In this document: one piece after another, positions 44,747 through 48,788 of the stretch
Position numbering within the stretch: position 1 is the stretch's first letter
Layout: every line of letters starts with the position of its first letter
Origin: Actinomycetota bacterium
Lineage (GTDB): Bacteria; Actinomycetota; CADDZG01; JAHWKV01; JAOPZY01
Direction of reading: 5' to 3'
DNA length: 48,788 nt
Assembly (NCBI GenBank): GCA_025963875.1
Contig: JAOPZY010000172.1
Coordinates: forward strand, 1-48,788
Translations under genes and position numbers: made by a program
Notes under the pieces: model-generated
What the model was told of the DNA's origin: nothing
Databases searched by the model: none
The model's input: only the letters and a program-made list of their open reading frames with translations

Positions 44747-45361
44747 ATGAAACTCTCCGACTGGGCCAGGGCCAACGGCGTCCACCCCAAGACGGCCTAC
44801 CGGTGGTGGCGCACCGGGACCCTGCCGGTGCCCGCCCGCCAGATCAACGCCCGGGTGATCCTGGTCGACGATGCGGCCTCTGCGAATCGTGCTGCGCCCG
44901 AACTCTCGGCGGTCGGTCTGTACGCCCGGGTCTCCTCCCATGACCAACGCTGCGATCTCGACCGCCAGGTCGCCCGCCTCTCCGAGTGGGCGGCGAAGGC
45001 GGGAGCCCGGGTGGTGCGCATCGAGGCCGAGGTGGGGTCGGGGATGAACGGGGCACGGGCGAAGCTCCGCCGTCTGCTGGCGGACCCGGCGGTACGCACC
45101 GTGGTGGTCGAGCACCGGGACCGCCTCGGCCGGATGAACGTCGAGCTGGTGGAGGCGGCCCTGTCGGCAGGCGGGCGCAGCCTTGTCGTGCTCGATCCGG
45201 CAGAGAGGGACGACGACCTGGTCCGGGACATGACCGAGGTGCTGACCTCGTTCTGCGCCCGGCTCTACGGACGGCGCTCAGCCCGCAACCGGGCCGAGAA
45301 GGCGCTTCGCTGCGCTGCCAGGGACGTGGGTCCCATGGCGTTGGTCAAGGAGCCGTCGTGA
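44747..45361 (+). CDS. tnpA: IS607 serine-recombinase transposase
   Basis: N-terminal HTH (GVHPKTAYRWW), YARVSS, DLDRQ, EVGSG, EHRDRL, DDLVRDM, FCARLYG. Confidence 0.96.
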   Translation: MKLSDWARANGVHPKTAYRWWRTGTLPVPARQINARVILVDDAASANRAAPELSAVGLYARVSSHDQRCDLDRQVARLSEWAAKAGARVVRIEAEVGSGMNGARAKLRRLLADPAVRTVVVEHRDRLGRMNVELVEAALSAGGRSLVVLDPAERDDDLVRDMTEVLTSFCARLYGRRSARNRAEKALRCAARDVGPMALVKEPS

Positions 45362-47034
45362 GCCGCCTGCGCCCGATCGCCGCGCCCTTCGTGGTGGCGG
45401 CCCCCGCCGGTGCCCGGATCCGCACCCGCCTCCGGACCACCGCCGACGACGATGCGGTGCTCGAGGCTCTCGGCTCGCACCTGGGCGCGCTGGCCGGGGC
45501 GGACCTGGCCCGCCGCTGCGCGCAGGGCCGCCTCGACGCCAAGGCGACATCGGACTCCCGCCGTGAGCGCAAGCGAGCGATGACCGCCGCCTCGTCGTCG
45601 CGGTGGGCTGGATCGATCACGCGCTGCTCCGAGGACGCCTGGCAGATGGCCAGGCGCAACCTCGGGGCCGAGGCCAGGACCCTGCAATCGAGGATCAGAG
45701 CGATCGGCCGGCGCCTCACGCCGGCGGTCGGAGGGCGGGGCAGGGTCCGGGGCTATGCCACCCGGGCCGAGCGTGCCGCCCGCCAGGAGCGCCTGCAGGA
45801 ACTGAAAGCTCGCCTGGCCGGCGTCGAGGGGCGCCTCGCAGCCGGCAGGGTGTCGGTGTGCCGCGGTGGCCGCAACCTGGCCCGGGCTCGCCACAACCTC
45901 GAGGCCGCCCACCTGACCGCGGAGCAGTGGCAGGTGAGCTGGAGGGCCAGGCGCCGGTTCATCTGCGCCGACGGCGAGGCGGACAAGGCCTGGGGCAACG
46001 AGACCGTCCGCTGGCACCCCACCGAGGGGTGGTTGGAGATCAGGCTCCCCGCCGCCCTCGGGCATCTCGCAAACCGCCCGCATGACCGCTACCGCCTTTG
46101 TGGGTCTGTGGCCTTCTCGCATCGCGGGGACGAGGTGGCCGCCCAGGCCGCATCCGGCGCCGTCCGCTACGACATCACCTTCGACCCTGAGAGGGGTCGC
46201 TGGTACCTGGACGCCTCGTGGAAGCTGCCGGTCACTGCCCCGCCGAGCCTCGAGGACCTCCGGGACAAACCCGTTCTGGCCATCGACGTGAACGCCGGCT
46301 GGCTCGCAGCGATGGTGGTCGATGCCTCCGGCAACCCGCTCCGCGGTCCCATCACGATGCCTCTTGAGGTCTGCGGCCTTCCCACCACCACCCGTGACGG
46401 GCATCTCCGCCAGGCGATCTCGCAGCTGCTCCACATCGCCGGGGCGTCGGGCTGCGGCGCCCTGGTGATCGAGGACCTCGACTTCGCCGAGGCACGCAGC
46501 ACCGGTCGGGAGCACACGCCACGACGCCCCTCGAGGGGCAGGCGGGGACGCAGGTTCCGTGGGCTCGTGGCAGGCATCCCCACCGCACGCTTCCGCCGGC
46601 GCCTCTCGCAGATGGCCGCCAACCAGGGGCTGTCCGTCATCGCCGTCGATGCGGCCTACACCTCCCGGTGGGGCCTGGAGCACTGGTTTGCAGCACTGAA
46701 GCAAGCTTGTTCCGAGGCCAGCTCCCACCATGCGGCGGCGCTGGTCATTGGTAGACGTGGACTCGCTCAGCGAGCGCGGCGACGGGCTAGGTGTGACTCG
46801 ACCCCACCAGAGGATGGGCGAGAGAGAGCTGCCAGCTCCACCGTGTGGCTCCAGCCGGACCTTGCAGCCGGCCTGACCGGTCCATCACAGGAACCCCGGA
46901 GGACCGGAGGCCTGAGGGCGGTCCTGACAAGGACGCAAGACCTGAAGGGGCGAAGGTATAGACCGGGCAACCAGGGGGCCGAAGACCGTTCGTGGCTCCC
47001 CGAGGAGAGCGCGGTCCCAAGCGCCACCTCGTGA
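45358..47034 (+). CDS. tnpB: TnpB-related RuvC protein (558 aa), atypical
   Basis: VLAIDVN (RuvC-I), LVIEDLDF (RuvC-II), VDAAYTS, SHHAAALVIGRR (RuvC-III region); GTGA overlap with tnpA. Confidence 0.85.
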   Translation: MSRLRPIAAPFVVAAPAGARIRTRLRTTADDDAVLEALGSHLGALAGADLARRCAQGRLDAKATSDSRRERKRAMTAASSSRWAGSITRCSEDAWQMARRNLGAEARTLQSRIRAIGRRLTPAVGGRGRVRGYATRAERAARQERLQELKARLAGVEGRLAAGRVSVCRGGRNLARARHNLEAAHLTAEQWQVSWRARRRFICADGEADKAWGNETVRWHPTEGWLEIRLPAALGHLANRPHDRYRLCGSVAFSHRGDEVAAQAASGAVRYDITFDPERGRWYLDASWKLPVTAPPSLEDLRDKPVLAIDVNAGWLAAMVVDASGNPLRGPITMPLEVCGLPTTTRDGHLRQAISQLLHIAGASGCGALVIEDLDFAEARSTGREHTPRRPSRGRRGRRFRGLVAGIPTARFRRRLSQMAANQGLSVIAVDAAYTSRWGLEHWFAALKQACSEASSHHAAALVIGRRGLAQRARRRARCDSTPPEDGRERAASSTVWLQPDLAAGLTGPSQEPRRTGGLRAVLTRTQDLKGRRYRPGNQGAEDRSWLPEESAVPSATS

Positions 47035-47060
47035 AGGAACGGTAAGCCCACCGCCCAGGA
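46860..47060 (+). ncRNA. Putative omega/reRNA overlapping tnpB 3' end; guide from right flank
   Basis: Position expected from TnpB biology; hairpins gggggcc..ggctccc and cgagg..cctcg just before aggaacGG; 5' boundary unknown. Confidence 0.45.
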
Positions 47061-47223
47061 AGCCTGGCTGTGCCAGCGCGATCCCGCCGTTGCCGAAGGC
47101 CGGGTCCAGGCTGCCCCCGCTGCCCGCCGCGAAGGTGGACGGAGCAGCGCCCAGCAGGCCGAACGATGCCAGGCCCATGAGTCCCGCGACCGCGGCAAGA
47201 CGAACGAAGACACTCCTGAACAT
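47043..47223 (-). pseudogene. 5' fragment of a secreted protein (delta-60-repeat-like), cut at IS end
   Basis: Signal peptide MFRSVFVRLAAVAGLMGL..STFA then GSLDPAFGNGG. Confidence 0.55.
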
Positions 47224-47530
47224 TCGGGCACCGTCCTTCCGTCTCGGCCCATGCCTGCCGGGCATGAAGCAGCTGTGGGTGTGTGATGTTGTTCCTGCTG
47301 GAGAGCGGGGCTCGTGCCACGCCGGCGAGCGCCGACCGGCGTGCCCTCGTATGAAGCCCAACTGCCATTGCCAAAGTAGTACGAGCCCCTGTTCCCGGGG
47401 ATTGCGAGAGAGCTCCAGGAAACGTCAGCGCGACATTTTGGGTTCTTTGCGTGTCACGTTGCGCTTTCCGCAACACCATGCGCAAAGAACAGGGGCCTCC
47501 GCCGGTGCATCCGGCCCCGCCGCCGCGGGA

Positions 47531-48193
47531 TCAGGCTGGTGATGGTCGGAGGCCACGATGCTCGTGATGCGCATATCGCAGGTGCAGAGCTATGGCCCCA
47601 CTCGCAATTGCTGCCCAAGCGCACCACAGCGAGGCGAAGCCGCTCGTGGCCAAGCGGGCAAGGATGATCGCCGCCACCAGGTTGATGGCTCCGAACTGGA
47701 CCACGTGGCGGTAGCCAGAGAAGAGCATCGAGCCACAGGTGGCGACGATATAGAGGCTCACGACCGCGAAGCCGAGGCTCAGGTTGATGTTGTACTGGAG
47801 GTGGTAGGGAGCGAGGACTGCGGTGGTGGGCCCTCGCAGCAGGGCCCGAAACAAGATGAAGCTCACAGCAGCTCCGACAGCCAGGAACGGCGCCATGAGC
47901 CATCGCCGTCGGGGAGTGGGCTCGATCGCCATGATCGCGGCCGGTACGAACACCGGTAGGACACAGAAGGCGAAGAACAGGTACACCCACATGGCCGAGC
48001 GGCCCAAGTCTGCCGGGGCGTTGCCCTGCAGGCCCCACCAGACGAAGGCCTCATCGATCTGGTGACACGCCAGGAGCAGGGGAAGGGCGGCCAAGGCAAG
48101 CTCGCGCCGATGGCGTTGATGGCGGAGGGTGTCGATTCCGATCACGCCGATCACAATCCCTCCCACGAGATCGGCCTGTGGAGAGAAGCACAT
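47531..48193 (-). CDS. Multi-TM membrane protein (DUF6629-like)
   Basis: MCFSPQAD start, LPLLLACHQIDEAFVW, FASLWCAWAA. Confidence 0.75.
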   Translation of the reverse strand: MCFSPQADLVGGIVIGVIGIDTLRHQRHRRELALAALPLLLACHQIDEAFVWWGLQGNAPADLGRSAMWVYLFFAFCVLPVFVPAAIMAIEPTPRRRWLMAPFLAVGAAVSFILFRALLRGPTTAVLAPYHLQYNINLSLGFAVVSLYIVATCGSMLFSGYRHVVQFGAINLVAAIILARLATSGFASLWCAWAAIASGAIALHLRYAHHEHRGLRPSPA

Positions 48194-48345
48194 CGCGTCG
48201 CCTAGACCGATCTCATCACGGAGGCCTTCACCATATTCGTTCGAGGTGGCACCGGTTACCTTCGATGCCGATCCGGGTTGGACATCGATACATCGCGCGC
48301 CACGCAATCCGCCTGTGAAGACTTCGCGTGCGCGATCATCGCGTC

Positions 48346-48788
48346 ATGGACCCACGTGGCTGGCAGACCCACTGGCACAAGCACCCGGGGGTACGGTCCG
48401 GCGATCAGCTCACCCTGGGCGAACGGGCGGCGGACCGTATGCGCAACATGATGGGCTCGTGGCCCTTCGTGTTCTCCTTCTTCAGCATCATGATCGCCTG
48501 GGCGGTCATCAACTCCGTATTCTATTTTGGCGGGTCGCAGGGCAAGCACGGGTTCGATCCGTACCCGTACATCCTGTTGAACTTGTTCCTGTCCATGCTC
48601 GCCGGTGTCCAGGCAGCGGCGTTGTTGATCGCCGCCAAGCGCGCCGACGCTATCGCCTCGGAGATCGCGCTCCACACCGAAAAGAACACGGAGGATATCA
48701 AGAGTCTCGTCAACGAGAACACCGCCCTCACCGAACTGGTGAAGGCGAACACTGATCTGCTCGAAGAGATTCACCGCCACGTGTCCGC
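48346..48788 (+). CDS. DUF1003-domain membrane protein (3' partial)
   Basis: LTLGERAAD...GSWPF...FDPYPYILLNLFLS. Confidence 0.88.
   Translation, partial: MDPRGWQTHWHKHPGVRSGDQLTLGERAADRMRNMMGSWPFVFSFFSIMIAWAVINSVFYFGGSQGKHGFDPYPYILLNLFLSMLAGVQAAALLIAAKRADAIASEIALHTEKNTEDIKSLVNENTALTELVKANTDLLEEIHRHVS

Larger units (their letters stand above)
44700..47042 (+). mobile_element. IS607-family insertion sequence (tnpA + tnpB)
   Basis: Serine transposase plus overlapping TnpB; candidate GG cores at 44700-44701 and 47041-47042; ends inferred. Confidence 0.85.

Noticed and set aside
44986..45357. N-terminal 124 aa of the 682-aa TnpB ORF
   Set aside because: Out-of-frame overlap with tnpA; the GTGA-coupled start at 45358 is more plausible
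47043..47530. CRISPR array next to TnpB (Cas12-like system)
   Set aside because: No repeat-spacer structure on either side of the element

Overview
High-GC bacterial chromosomal segment with actinomycete-type core synteny (etfB-etfA...iscS-mnmA-ligA; glyA/wecA-atp-murA) and many leaderless TANNNT promoters. Left to right: a type II TA pair cut by the window edge; a PAS-PP2C/anti-sigma-kinase module whose third gene is not a STAS protein; an ECF sigma/anti-sigma/ABC operon; ligA, a UPF0280-like gene, mnmA, iscS; a two-component system; ETF and acyl-CoA genes; a cupredoxin-like surface protein; a 1.1-kb cluster of gene fragments; MerR, pgi, an isobutyryl-CoA-mutase-type large subunit, meaB, murA; a four-gene ATP-grasp/alpha-E/Anbu-like protease/transglutaminase operon; an F1Fo operon; wecA, glyA; and an apparently complete IS607-family element with an atypical TnpB. 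The most notable signals are: (1) a dispersed family of 49-bp palindromes (three GAGGTT...AACCTC-type copies with covarying arms plus one more divergent copy) at the borders of accessory genes; (2) an ATP synthase operon that does not look actinobacterial, directly behind a frameshifted relic of a second atpZ, suggesting in-situ replacement of the native operon; (3) the Anbu-type operon between atpC and murA, bracketed by two of the palindromes; (4) the TnpB with His at the RuvC-III position and no Zn finger, with inferable GG ends and guide. All family assignments come from motif recognition by eye, not database searches.
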